Shown here: in pieces, positions 40,146-47,862 of the stretch
How the letters are laid out: every line of letters begins with the position of its first letter
How positions within the stretch are numbered: the stretch's first letter is position 1
Source of the DNA: Auritidibacter sp. Marseille-P8566
GTDB taxonomy: Bacteria; Actinomycetota; Actinomycetes; Actinomycetales; Microbacteriaceae
Direction: 5' to 3'
Length of the DNA stretch: 64,000 nt
NCBI GenBank assembly: GCA_945896925.1
Contig: CAMDEV010000001.1
Location: 450-64,449 of the forward strand
Position numbers and translations under genes: made by a program
Notes under the pieces: model-generated
Seen by the model: only the letters and a program-made list of their open reading frames with translations
Told to the model about the DNA's origin: nothing
Databases searched by the model: none

Positions 40146-41689
40146 CAGTAACCCAACTCCTTTAGTGCAGCTCTAGCTTCCGCTCTGGCTGAATAAGGAG
40201 TTCTAACGCCTTCAATGTCTCTATAGTCTTGGTGGCCAGGTCCAGCCCAGAGAATCGAGTCCCCTGGTCCAACCAGCTTTACAGCTGCTCTAATGGCGGC
40301 TTCTGGAGGCGATACCTCGAGTATTTCCAGGTCAGGTCTTAGTGCTTTTGCAGCTTCGAAGAGTGTCTTACGAATAGAAGCAGGGTTTTCAAATCTTGGA
40401 TGGTGATCGGTGATTACTAGAATGTCGCAGCCAGCAGCTGCGACCTTTGCCATGTCTTCTCGCTTAGACGGATCGCGGTCACCATCCGCTCCAAAGAGCA
40501 TCAAAACTTTACCTGTGGTCACTTTTCGAACTGCAGCAAGCGTGTTTAAGAATGCATCTGGGCTGTGACCAAAGTCAACGTAAACAGCAGGAGCTCCCCT
40601 TGGAGAGATTAGTTCTGTTCGGCCAGGAAGATATGCATCGATTCCATCTTTTATAGCTAACTTGATTGCCTCAAGAGAATGCCCTGCAGTTAAAGCCATA
40701 ACAATAGCAAGTCCTGCGTTAGCTGCCATGTGTGAGCCAATGACCGGAATGGAGCTAACAATTAAGTCACCTGAAGCACTTGTCAATGAGAACTTAGTAA
40801 GTCCTGGTAGTTCTTCTAGGACCTCAACCTTCCAGTCAGATTCAATATCTTTCAGGCTTGAGATTGTAGTAACTGGAACTTCGCTTAACTCAACGATGCG
40901 CTTGCCGTATTCGGTGTCTAGGCAAACCACTGCATGCTTAGATCTCCTGACCGTGAATAGTTCAGCTTTAGCTTTTAGGTAAGGCTCAAAGCCTCCGTAG
41001 TCATCGAAGTGATCGTGGCTGAGGTTTGTGAAACCAGCAACATCGAAATGTAAGCCGTCAACACGAAGTTGAGTGAGAGCTTGTGCTGAAACCTCAATAG
41101 CAATATCTGTTACACCACGTTCACGCATTCTGGCAATTAGTGCCTGCATCTCTGTTGATTCAGGTGTAGTCAACCTACTTACAATTACTTCACCGGCAAT
41201 ATGACGTTCCGCAGTTGAAGTCAGCCCCGTTGTTCTGCCAATCTGTCTCAGGATTGCATCCAATAGATAAGTTGTTGAAGTCTTGCCGTTAGTTCCAGTT
41301 GTTGCAAAGAGAGTTGGAACATTTCCACGGGTATTGCCATAGACGAATGCGGCAAGTTCACCAAGGTGCTTACGAGGTTGTTCAAGGACCATAACTGGAA
41401 CCTCGGTTGCTCCAATTAGTTCTTTGCCGGCACTATCAGTGACTATGGCAACAGCTCCGAGTTCTTGTGCCTTGCCGGCAAAGTTTGCACCGTGAGTTTT
41501 ATGTCCTGGCATTGCAACAAACAAATCTCCTGGACGAAGATCACCGGTGTTCATGCTGATACCAGTTACCGTGATCTCTTCGTGAGCCTCGTTCAATGAG
41601 AGATTGAAAGTGTCACATATAGAACCAAGACTGACTGGGATAACCGAGACAGGTCGAAGGATAGGCGGAATGGATTGTTTTGGTTCCAT
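40145..41689 (-). CDS. murE: UDP-MurNAc-dipeptide amino acid ligase MurE
   Basis: TGTNGKTS, LTTPE, FTNLSHDH, DFGHSPD, GADGDRD; TAATG overlap with ftsI. Confidence 0.93.
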   Translation of the reverse strand: MEPKQSIPPILRPVSVIPVSLGSICDTFNLSLNEAHEEITVTGISMNTGDLRPGDLFVAMPGHKTHGANFAGKAQELGAVAIVTDSAGKELIGATEVPVMVLEQPRKHLGELAAFVYGNTRGNVPTLFATTGTNGKTSTTYLLDAILRQIGRTTGLTSTAERHIAGEVIVSRLTTPESTEMQALIARMRERGVTDIAIEVSAQALTQLRVDGLHFDVAGFTNLSHDHFDDYGGFEPYLKAKAELFTVRRSKHAVVCLDTEYGKRIVELSEVPVTTISSLKDIESDWKVEVLEELPGLTKFSLTSASGDLIVSSIPVIGSHMAANAGLAIVMALTAGHSLEAIKLAIKDGIDAYLPGRTELISPRGAPAVYVDFGHSPDAFLNTLAAVRKVTTGKVLMLFGADGDRDPSKREDMAKVAAAGCDILVITDHHPRFENPASIRKTLFEAAKALRPDLEILEVSPPEAAIRAAVKLVGPGDSILWAGPGHQDYRDIEGVRTPYSARAEARAALKELGY

Positions 41690-43440
41690 TACTTCCACTC
41701 CGTAGGGATATTCTTTGACTTAGTAGTGGAAGGTGGAATTCCGTAGGTCTTTAGAACTTGCTTCATGACAGCCACGAATCCAGGTGTTGCACCAAGTGAG
41801 TTGCTAACTGTTCTGGATCTGTATGCAGTTACTGCAACTACATACTTCGGGTCCTCTGCTGGAGCAAGACCCACGAAGGAAACCGCATAAAGCTTTCCAT
41901 AACCTTTTCCTTCAGCAATTTGAGCTGTTCCAGTTTTACCTGCAACTCGATAGCCATAGATACTTGCTGTTCTTCCAATAGGGCCTTTTTCGACAACTTT
42001 TTCCAGCATGTCGATGGTTTGAGATGCAGAGCTCTCAGACAACACCCGCACCTCTGGCTCAACTTTGGTTGGGCTAAGGTTGCCATCTCTGTCTCGGCAA
42101 CCAGTGACAAGCGCAGGTGGCAGGCGGACACCTTTATTCGCAAAGGTTTGGAATATTGCAGCAGTTTGAATTGGAGTTAGAGAGACACCTTGACCAAACA
42201 TTACCGCCTTGTCAGTCATCTTGTCCCAGCTTGTGTAATTTGCTAGAACCCCCGAAGACTCTCCTTCGAAGTTGACTCCTGTCTTTTGACCCATGCCAAA
42301 TTTCTGCATGTATTCATACCTTGTTGCGGAATCAACTTTCCCACCGATTTGGATAATTCCGGTGTTAGATGACTTTGCGAGCACTCCAGCTAAGGTCAAC
42401 TTCTGAGGTGGGTGTGCGTTTGAATCATTAACGTATTGCCCCCATGGCATTCGTAAACTATCTGGTGCAATCACTTGAGTTGTTGGAGTTGCCTTTTTCG
42501 TATCCACCGCAGTAGCAGCGGCAACCGGCTTCAAAATTGAACCAGGCTCGAATGCTGCTTGGAAAATCCTACTTCCGCGGTTTTGTTGCCTAACAGCGCC
42601 AGGTTTATTCGGATCAACTGTCGGAGCTTCGGCAGCTGCAAGAATCTTTCCGGTTTTTACTTCAATCACAATCGCACTAGCCCAGTCAGCCTGAAGTCGC
42701 CTCACAGTTGCTGCCACTTCCTGCTGTGCAGAATATTGCAGGTCAGAATTAATTGATAGGACTACGTCGGATCCATCTCTAACTGGAGTGATTGTCCTAA
42801 TTGAGGATGGAATCTTGATGAGATCAGCACCTTGCTCGTACATTTCTTTACCGTCAGTACCAGCAAGGCAGCTGTTCATTGTTCTTTCGATACCAGCAAG
42901 CGGTGATCCGTCGCTGCCAACGAACCCGACAAGATTTCCAGCTACAGCGCCCTGTGGATAGTATCTGGTCTGTTTCCTGTCGAAGTAAACCCAAGGGATG
43001 TCAAGATTCTTCACTCGGGTGAACTGTGTAGCGGTCGCCCTCTGCTTTAGGTTCGCGTATCTACCTTCGCCGGTCATCTTGGCAAGTACATCTTTTGTTG
43101 AGAGTTTTAAGATCCCCGCTAGATATGCCGCAATCTCTTTCTTTGTGAAAGCCGTCTGTTTTCCGTCGATATCGAGCGTTACCGGACCAACATTTACCGG
43201 ATCAATGTTTACATCCCAGGTAAAGATTGTGGTCGCCAGTACGTTACCTTCACTGTCAACAATGTCACCCCTAACCGCCTCAATACTGCGGGTGACTTCG
43301 ATAGCTTCTCTCGCTTCATTTCGATAGCTTTCAGCATTCGCAATTTGAAACCAGGAAAGCCGAGCAATAAACACCAGGGCCAAAAGAACTATGAAAATGG
43401 TTAGTGCTTGATGACGCCTAACGGTAGCTTCGTTAAACAC
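41689..43440 (-). CDS. ftsI: Class B penicillin-binding protein FtsI/PBP3
   Basis: RGDIVD, RYYP, EPGSILK (SxxK), SSN (SxN), KTGT. Confidence 0.95.
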   Translation of the reverse strand: MFNEATVRRHQALTIFIVLLALVFIARLSWFQIANAESYRNEAREAIEVTRSIEAVRGDIVDSEGNVLATTIFTWDVNIDPVNVGPVTLDIDGKQTAFTKKEIAAYLAGILKLSTKDVLAKMTGEGRYANLKQRATATQFTRVKNLDIPWVYFDRKQTRYYPQGAVAGNLVGFVGSDGSPLAGIERTMNSCLAGTDGKEMYEQGADLIKIPSSIRTITPVRDGSDVVLSINSDLQYSAQQEVAATVRRLQADWASAIVIEVKTGKILAAAEAPTVDPNKPGAVRQQNRGSRIFQAAFEPGSILKPVAAATAVDTKKATPTTQVIAPDSLRMPWGQYVNDSNAHPPQKLTLAGVLAKSSNTGIIQIGGKVDSATRYEYMQKFGMGQKTGVNFEGESSGVLANYTSWDKMTDKAVMFGQGVSLTPIQTAAIFQTFANKGVRLPPALVTGCRDRDGNLSPTKVEPEVRVLSESSASQTIDMLEKVVEKGPIGRTASIYGYRVAGKTGTAQIAEGKGYGKLYAVSFVGLAPAEDPKYVVAVTAYRSRTVSNSLGATPGFVAVMKQVLKTYGIPPSTTKSKNIPTEWK

Positions 43441-43460
43441 CTTCAGCCCCTACCTAGTTC

Positions 43461-44078
43461 TTAGTGAGTTGGTGAGGCAGGAATGCCATCACTAGGCAAA
43501 ACTACTTGTACTTGAACGTTTTTCTCAGCCTTGACACTCGCAAGAGTTGGAACATCAATGACTGCAGCTTCGCTTGCTGTGAAGTTGTCAGGGTTGCTAG
43601 TTGTATACATAGCTGCGTTAGCAATTAGGTTGCTTGATACGCCTGAGTTGCTTGCTGAGGCTGGGGTCGCCGCACCGAAAACCTTTGACTGCTTCACGCT
43701 TAGAAATACCGGATTTGAGTTCACAACCATGCCAAGTTCCTTAGCACTGTTAGCTAGGTTCTGCGGTGAACGAAGAGAAGCTACCTGCTGGTTGATGATT
43801 TGGGCTTGGGTGCCTAGTGTCGCAGTCTCTTTCTTCAGCTGAGAGATCTCGTAGATAGCGGCATTGGATAAAGAACTCAGAATCATGTTTAAGACCACAA
43901 TTGCGATACCACCCGCGATAATCTTCGCGCTTACCGCCTTTAGAACCGCTCTCGCCTGTTCTCTAGACGCCGTTCTAGCAGGGACAACTGAACGCTGAGT
44001 TCGAGTAGCCGGAACTGGTCTCAGATGTCTTCTAGGTGCTATTGATCTGACAGGCTGAATAGCTCTGATAGCGGTCAT
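43461..44078 (-). CDS. FtsL-like cell division protein
   Basis: Between rsmH and ftsI; basic N-terminus, single TM, coiled coil, LANSAKELGMV; long Ala/Ser-rich tail. Confidence 0.75.
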   Translation of the reverse strand: MTAIRAIQPVRSIAPRRHLRPVPATRTQRSVVPARTASREQARAVLKAVSAKIIAGGIAIVVLNMILSSLSNAAIYEISQLKKETATLGTQAQIINQQVASLRSPQNLANSAKELGMVVNSNPVFLSVKQSKVFGAATPASASNSGVSSNLIANAAMYTTSNPDNFTASEAAVIDVPTLASVKAEKNVQVQVVLPSDGIPASPTH

Positions 44079-45034
44079 GCTGCTTTCCTTATTTTTTCAG
44101 CGGCACGTAGTCGTACGGAGGCCGATCTAGGGTTTTCTGTGATTTCTTGTTCTGAAGCCATTTCTGCTCCACGAACTAATAAACGAAGTACTGGTGCATG
44201 CTCAGCAAGTTCGATTGGTAGTTCGATAGGTGCAGATGAAGTTGAAGCGGCAACAAGTGCCTGCTTGACGATGCGATCTTCTAGTGATTGGTAAGAGAGA
44301 ACAACAACACGGCCACCAACACGAAGAGATTCGATAACTGCAGGAATGGTTTCCTCCAGAATCTCTAGCTCGCTGTTGACTTCGATTCTTAGAGCTTGGA
44401 AGACACGTTTTGCAGGATGACCTGAACTCTTACCTGGAATGAAAGGAACAATCTTGGCGATTACCTCGGTTAGTTGCTTGCTGTTAGTAAAAGGCTGAGT
44501 TGCTCTAACCTTGACAATTTGCTTAGCGATTGGCTTTGAGTAACGTTCTTCGCCATAGGTCTTGAAGATTTCTGAAAGCTTGGCTTCTGAGTATTCATTT
44601 AGAACCACTGCTGCTGTTAGGTCTGAGCTCTTGTCCATTCGCATATCAAGTGGCGCATCGAATGAGTAAGCGAAACCACGCTCTTTTTCATCAAGCTGCA
44701 TAGAAGAGACACCGAGGTCTAAGAGAACTGCATCTGCAAGCTCTAGCCCAAGTTCTTCTAGAACTTCAGGAATCTCGCTGTAGACAGCCTGAACTAGGTG
44801 AATACGATCAGCAAAAGGTGCCAGTCTTTCACCAGCAAGTCTCAGTGCATTTTCGTCACGATCAATGCCAACAACAGTTAGCTTTGGGAAACGCTGCAGG
44901 AATGCCTCGCTGTGCCCACCTAGACCCAGAGTTCCATCCACAAGGATTGCAGTCTCACTTGAAAGTGCATCACCAAGGAGTGTGATGCACCTTTCAAGGA
45001 GCACTGGCTTGTGAAGGGATGAAATCTCGTTCAT
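44075..45034 (-). CDS. rsmH: 16S rRNA m4C1402 methyltransferase
   Basis: HKPVL, DGTLGLGGH, DLGVSSMQLD, FQALRIEVN, SLEDR, NPRS. Confidence 0.97.
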   Translation of the reverse strand: MNEISSLHKPVLLERCITLLGDALSSETAILVDGTLGLGGHSEAFLQRFPKLTVVGIDRDENALRLAGERLAPFADRIHLVQAVYSEIPEVLEELGLELADAVLLDLGVSSMQLDEKERGFAYSFDAPLDMRMDKSSDLTAAVVLNEYSEAKLSEIFKTYGEERYSKPIAKQIVKVRATQPFTNSKQLTEVIAKIVPFIPGKSSGHPAKRVFQALRIEVNSELEILEETIPAVIESLRVGGRVVVLSYQSLEDRIVKQALVAASTSSAPIELPIELAEHAPVLRLLVRGAEMASEQEITENPRSASVRLRAAEKIRKAA

Positions 45035-45047
45035 TTGAATCTCTTGG

Positions 45048-45134
45048 TCCTAATCCCTGAACCCCATCCATTTGCACCTTCTGGCATCGGGGAAGAAAGC
45101 CACAAGCCAAATAGCTGGAGATCAGAAACTAGGA
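45048..45134 (-). ncRNA. mraW RNA motif (cis-element between mraZ and rsmH/mraW)
   Basis: Long hairpin that pairs well only on the minus strand (many G-U pairs); terminal loop contains the diagnostic CUUCCCC (45089-45095); expected actinobacterial location. Confidence 0.85.
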
Positions 45135-45135
45135 A

Positions 45136-45567
45136 CTAACTGAGGTTCACCTCCCCCGCACTGAAGTTGGCAAAGGTATCGGCATTAGCAGCCATCAAAG
45201 CTGCGTAGTCAGCTGGGTTCCAGATTTCAAGGTGAGTTCCAACACCGGTGACGATTAGTTCGCGTCCAAGGTTTGCCCACTCACGAAGATCTTGAGCAAC
45301 AAGGATGCGACCCTGGCCATCTGGAGTCTGATCATCTGTTGGACCAAAAAAGAAACGCTTGAGATTGCGGTATTCAGGGGTGCCAATTGCAACGCCTTTA
45401 GTGATCTGCGCTGAGTCTGCTTCGAACTGTGCCTTGGTGTAGATAGCAACGCAGCGTTCCTGGCTCTTTGCTAGGACAACTCCCCCAGCCAGACGATCAC
45501 GGAATTTAGCAGGCAGGATAAGGCGGAACTTCTCGTCCAGTTTGGGGTAGCTAGTACCGATGAACAC
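45136..45567 (-). CDS. mraZ: Division/cell wall cluster transcriptional regulator MraZ
   Basis: KLDEKFRLILPAKFR and DGQGRI AbrB-like repeats, LEIW; GTG at 45567 (or ATG at 45573) after a GAGGAAGGGG SD. Confidence 0.93.
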   Translation of the reverse strand: MFIGTSYPKLDEKFRLILPAKFRDRLAGGVVLAKSQERCVAIYTKAQFEADSAQITKGVAIGTPEYRNLKRFFFGPTDDQTPDGQGRILVAQDLREWANLGRELIVTGVGTHLEIWNPADYAALMAANADTFANFSAGEVNLS

Positions 45568-45606
45568 TGGCATTCCCCTTCCTCGATGGACTATTACTCT
45601 TTCGCT

Positions 45607-45630
45607 CCACAATACACCACTTTCATCCAC
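45607..45630 (-). promoter_or_regulatory. MraZ binding repeats overlapping the dcw promoter
   Basis: Three GTGG boxes at exact 10-bp period (GTGGATGAAA GTGGTGTATT GTGG) with an embedded TATTGT -10. Confidence 0.82.
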
Positions 45631-45664
45631 AAATATGAATATTTCGCAAGTAAATATCTATTTT

Positions 45665-45672
45665 GGCGTGTC
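45665..45672 (-). promoter_or_regulatory. WhiA-type GACAC box upstream of mraZ/dcw
   Basis: Minus strand GACACGCC in the intergenic region. Confidence 0.5.
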
Positions 45673-45747
45673 TTGGGTTGATTTGGCAAGGGGTATCTGG
45701 TGGAGGGAAAATCCAAGGTTTTTGCAAAAATGGCAAAATTCGAGTAT

Positions 45748-45775
45748 AAAAAAGCCCCGAATTGGCTTCGGGGCT
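45748..45775 (-). terminator. Intrinsic terminator after the DUF3040 gene
   Basis: AGCCCCGAA-GCCAA-TTCGGGGCT followed by a T run on the minus strand. Confidence 0.85.
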
Positions 45776-45809
45776 AGTTAGTTAATGGTTTTTGGGAGGA
45801 TTTTGGAGA

Positions 45810-46181
45810 TTATCTACCGTCATTGCGCTGATCCCAGCGATCCTGAAAAAAGCTTCCTGAGGGCTTATTTCCTCGTTTTGGCTTCTCTGAAGCTGCTTTT
45901 GCGGCTCTAATAGCCTTAGATGACCAGTTTTGGCTGACTAGGTAGAGTCCGGTCAACATTGTGACAAAGGCTGCTACCCCAAACCAAATTAGTTGAAGGC
46001 TGGTGGCAAAGATCATTAGGCTCAGGCCGACAACAATAAGTACTGAACCCAGGACTAACAGCCGTGCATACTTCACTGGCTCTTCTGCCTCAGGCTCGGC
46101 TTTTGCCTTAGGTGACTTGTTGCCAGTGAGCTGGCGCTCTAATTCTTCTAGAACCTTTTGCTCTTGTTCAGATAAACCCAC
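45810..46181 (-). CDS. DUF3040 family membrane protein
   Basis: LSEQEQKVLEELERQL, two TMs, C-terminal FFQDRW; usual position upstream of mraZ. Confidence 0.85.
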   Translation of the reverse strand: MGLSEQEQKVLEELERQLTGNKSPKAKAEPEAEEPVKYARLLVLGSVLIVVGLSLMIFATSLQLIWFGVAAFVTMLTGLYLVSQNWSSKAIRAAKAASEKPKRGNKPSGSFFQDRWDQRNDGR

Positions 46182-46239
46182 GGTTTCCTCCAGACCTACG
46201 CTCTAATGCTAAACGCTTTTGCCAAGTTAGGCTATTCCA

Positions 46240-47364
46240 GTGAAATCCTCTGAAGTCCTCCTCAACCAAGTCCAGGAAAATCTAGACGCCTTCTGCCACA
46301 AGCAGCGATCTGACTTTGAAGCCATATCCCTTGACTTGGTTCCAGTTGTTGATTACACCCAGAGCCTTCTACAAGGTGGAAAGAGATTTAGAGCACTCTT
46401 CTGTTACTGGGCTTGGCGCGGTTCATTGGGCCAATCTGTGCACCAGCAAGACCAGAACGAAGTTCTTGAATCAGAAGATGCAATTGCTGGTATTGCTGCA
46501 TCTCTAGAGATGTTCCATGCGGCAGCTCTCGTCCACGATGATTTACTCGATCAGTCAGATACCAGACGAGGTGCTCCGGCCATTCACAAACGCTTTGAGT
46601 CACTTCACAAAGAAAAGTCTTGGGCAGGCTCTCCTGAACGTTTCGGTGTTGCTGGCTCAGTCTTAGTTGGTGACCTGATGCTTGGCTGGTCTAGCGAGAT
46701 CTTTGGAAACGCACTACTTCACTCCCCAACTAGAGAAATTGAGAGTGCTTGTCGAGATGAGTTCAGCTTGATGAGAGTTGAAGTTATGGCTGGGCAGTAT
46801 TTAGACGTTCTTGAAGAAAATGCTGCAGCAACTAGATCTCTATCCGAAGCTGTCGGCAGAGCAGAGAAAGTCATTCTCTATAAAACAGCCAAATACAGCA
46901 TCGAAGCTCCTCTTCGTATCGGTGCAGCATTCGCTGGGGCTGATCAAGCAACCCTCAACTCATTTACTTCCTTTGGAATTCCACTTGGTATTGCATTCCA
47001 ACTTAGAGATGACATCCTCGGTGTCTACGGCGATCCAAGTGTTACCGGTAAACCTGCCGGAGATGACCTTAGAGAGGGTAAGCGAACAGTTCTAGTTGCT
47101 CTCACCAAACAGGCTCTAGCTGACCGCTCCAAGTCCATGTGTGATGCCTTTGAGGAATTACTCACCAGCAGAGAACTTGATGAAGGCCAGATTGCTTTCA
47201 TGCAGCAGCTGATCAAGGATTCTGGAGCTTTAGATAAAACAGAACGCATGATTAATGAGCTAGCTGATCGAAGCCTTGAGGCGTTAGCTGAAGCTGAGTT
47301 GAGTGTTGAAGCTAAGGAAGTTCTTCGTTCCTTGGCTCTAAAGGTAATTAACCGAAACAACTAA
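46240..47364 (+). CDS. Polyprenyl (GGPP-type) diphosphate synthase
   Basis: GGKRFR, HDDLLD...RRG, GQYLD, KTAKY, FQLRDD. Confidence 0.93.
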   Translation: MKSSEVLLNQVQENLDAFCHKQRSDFEAISLDLVPVVDYTQSLLQGGKRFRALFCYWAWRGSLGQSVHQQDQNEVLESEDAIAGIAASLEMFHAAALVHDDLLDQSDTRRGAPAIHKRFESLHKEKSWAGSPERFGVAGSVLVGDLMLGWSSEIFGNALLHSPTREIESACRDEFSLMRVEVMAGQYLDVLEENAAATRSLSEAVGRAEKVILYKTAKYSIEAPLRIGAAFAGADQATLNSFTSFGIPLGIAFQLRDDILGVYGDPSVTGKPAGDDLREGKRTVLVALTKQALADRSKSMCDAFEELLTSRELDEGQIAFMQQLIKDSGALDKTERMINELADRSLEALAEAELSVEAKEVLRSLALKVINRNN

Positions 47365-47708
47365 AGAGCTAGAGATTGAGCAATTCTTCTAACCTCAGTC
47401 TTCTTACCTGAGATCAGAGCAGCCATCGGGGTTGTCTTCAAAATTTCATTATCGGTATAGAGCCAATTGATAGCTCCCATAAGTGAGAATCCTGAGTCTA
47501 GTAAAACAAAGATGGTTCCACGCAGTGAAGGTAGCGCTTCTCCATTGATGATTAGTTCTGCTGGAATTAGTTGAACACCTTCGCGCTTGATGGCGATAAG
47601 GGAATGTTCTTCGATGAGGCGTCTGACCTTACCTGGGACTAGTCCCAGTTTCTCCCCTGCCTCAGGGATGGTAAGCCAGCTTGTTACGTTGTCTAAAGGT
47701 TCACTCAC
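47361..47708 (-). CDS. Rv2175c-family DNA-binding protein
   Basis: WLTIPE HTH, LRGT...LLDSG, KTEVRRIAQSLA; adjacent to pknL. Confidence 0.85.
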   Translation of the reverse strand: MSEPLDNVTSWLTIPEAGEKLGLVPGKVRRLIEEHSLIAIKREGVQLIPAELIINGEALPSLRGTIFVLLDSGFSLMGAINWLYTDNEILKTTPMAALISGKKTEVRRIAQSLAL

Positions 47709-47757
47709 ATCTCAAGATTGCCACACCTACGGGCTTCCCGCTATCTAAACTTAGGTC

Positions 47758-47862
47758 GTGGCAACATATTTATGCCCAATCACCTACGGAAAAATGATTA
47801 CTCTTATTACCTCTGAAAGCACCAGCACTTATTTTGCCGTGCTCGGAGGTATGTTCCTATGA
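47758..47862 (+). CDS. Candidate leaderless small ORF (34 aa) coupled to pknL
   Basis: TAAACT-N6-GTG start; open frame MATYLCPITYGKMITLITSESTSTYFAVLGGMFL; TGA stop overlaps pknL ATG (ATGA). Confidence 0.4.
   Translation: MATYLCPITYGKMITLITSESTSTYFAVLGGMFL

Noticed and set aside
45574-45630. N-terminal extension of MraZ given by the ORF track
   Set aside because: The upstream GTG is one of the MraZ boxes; the SD and family N-terminus indicate a start at 45567/45573
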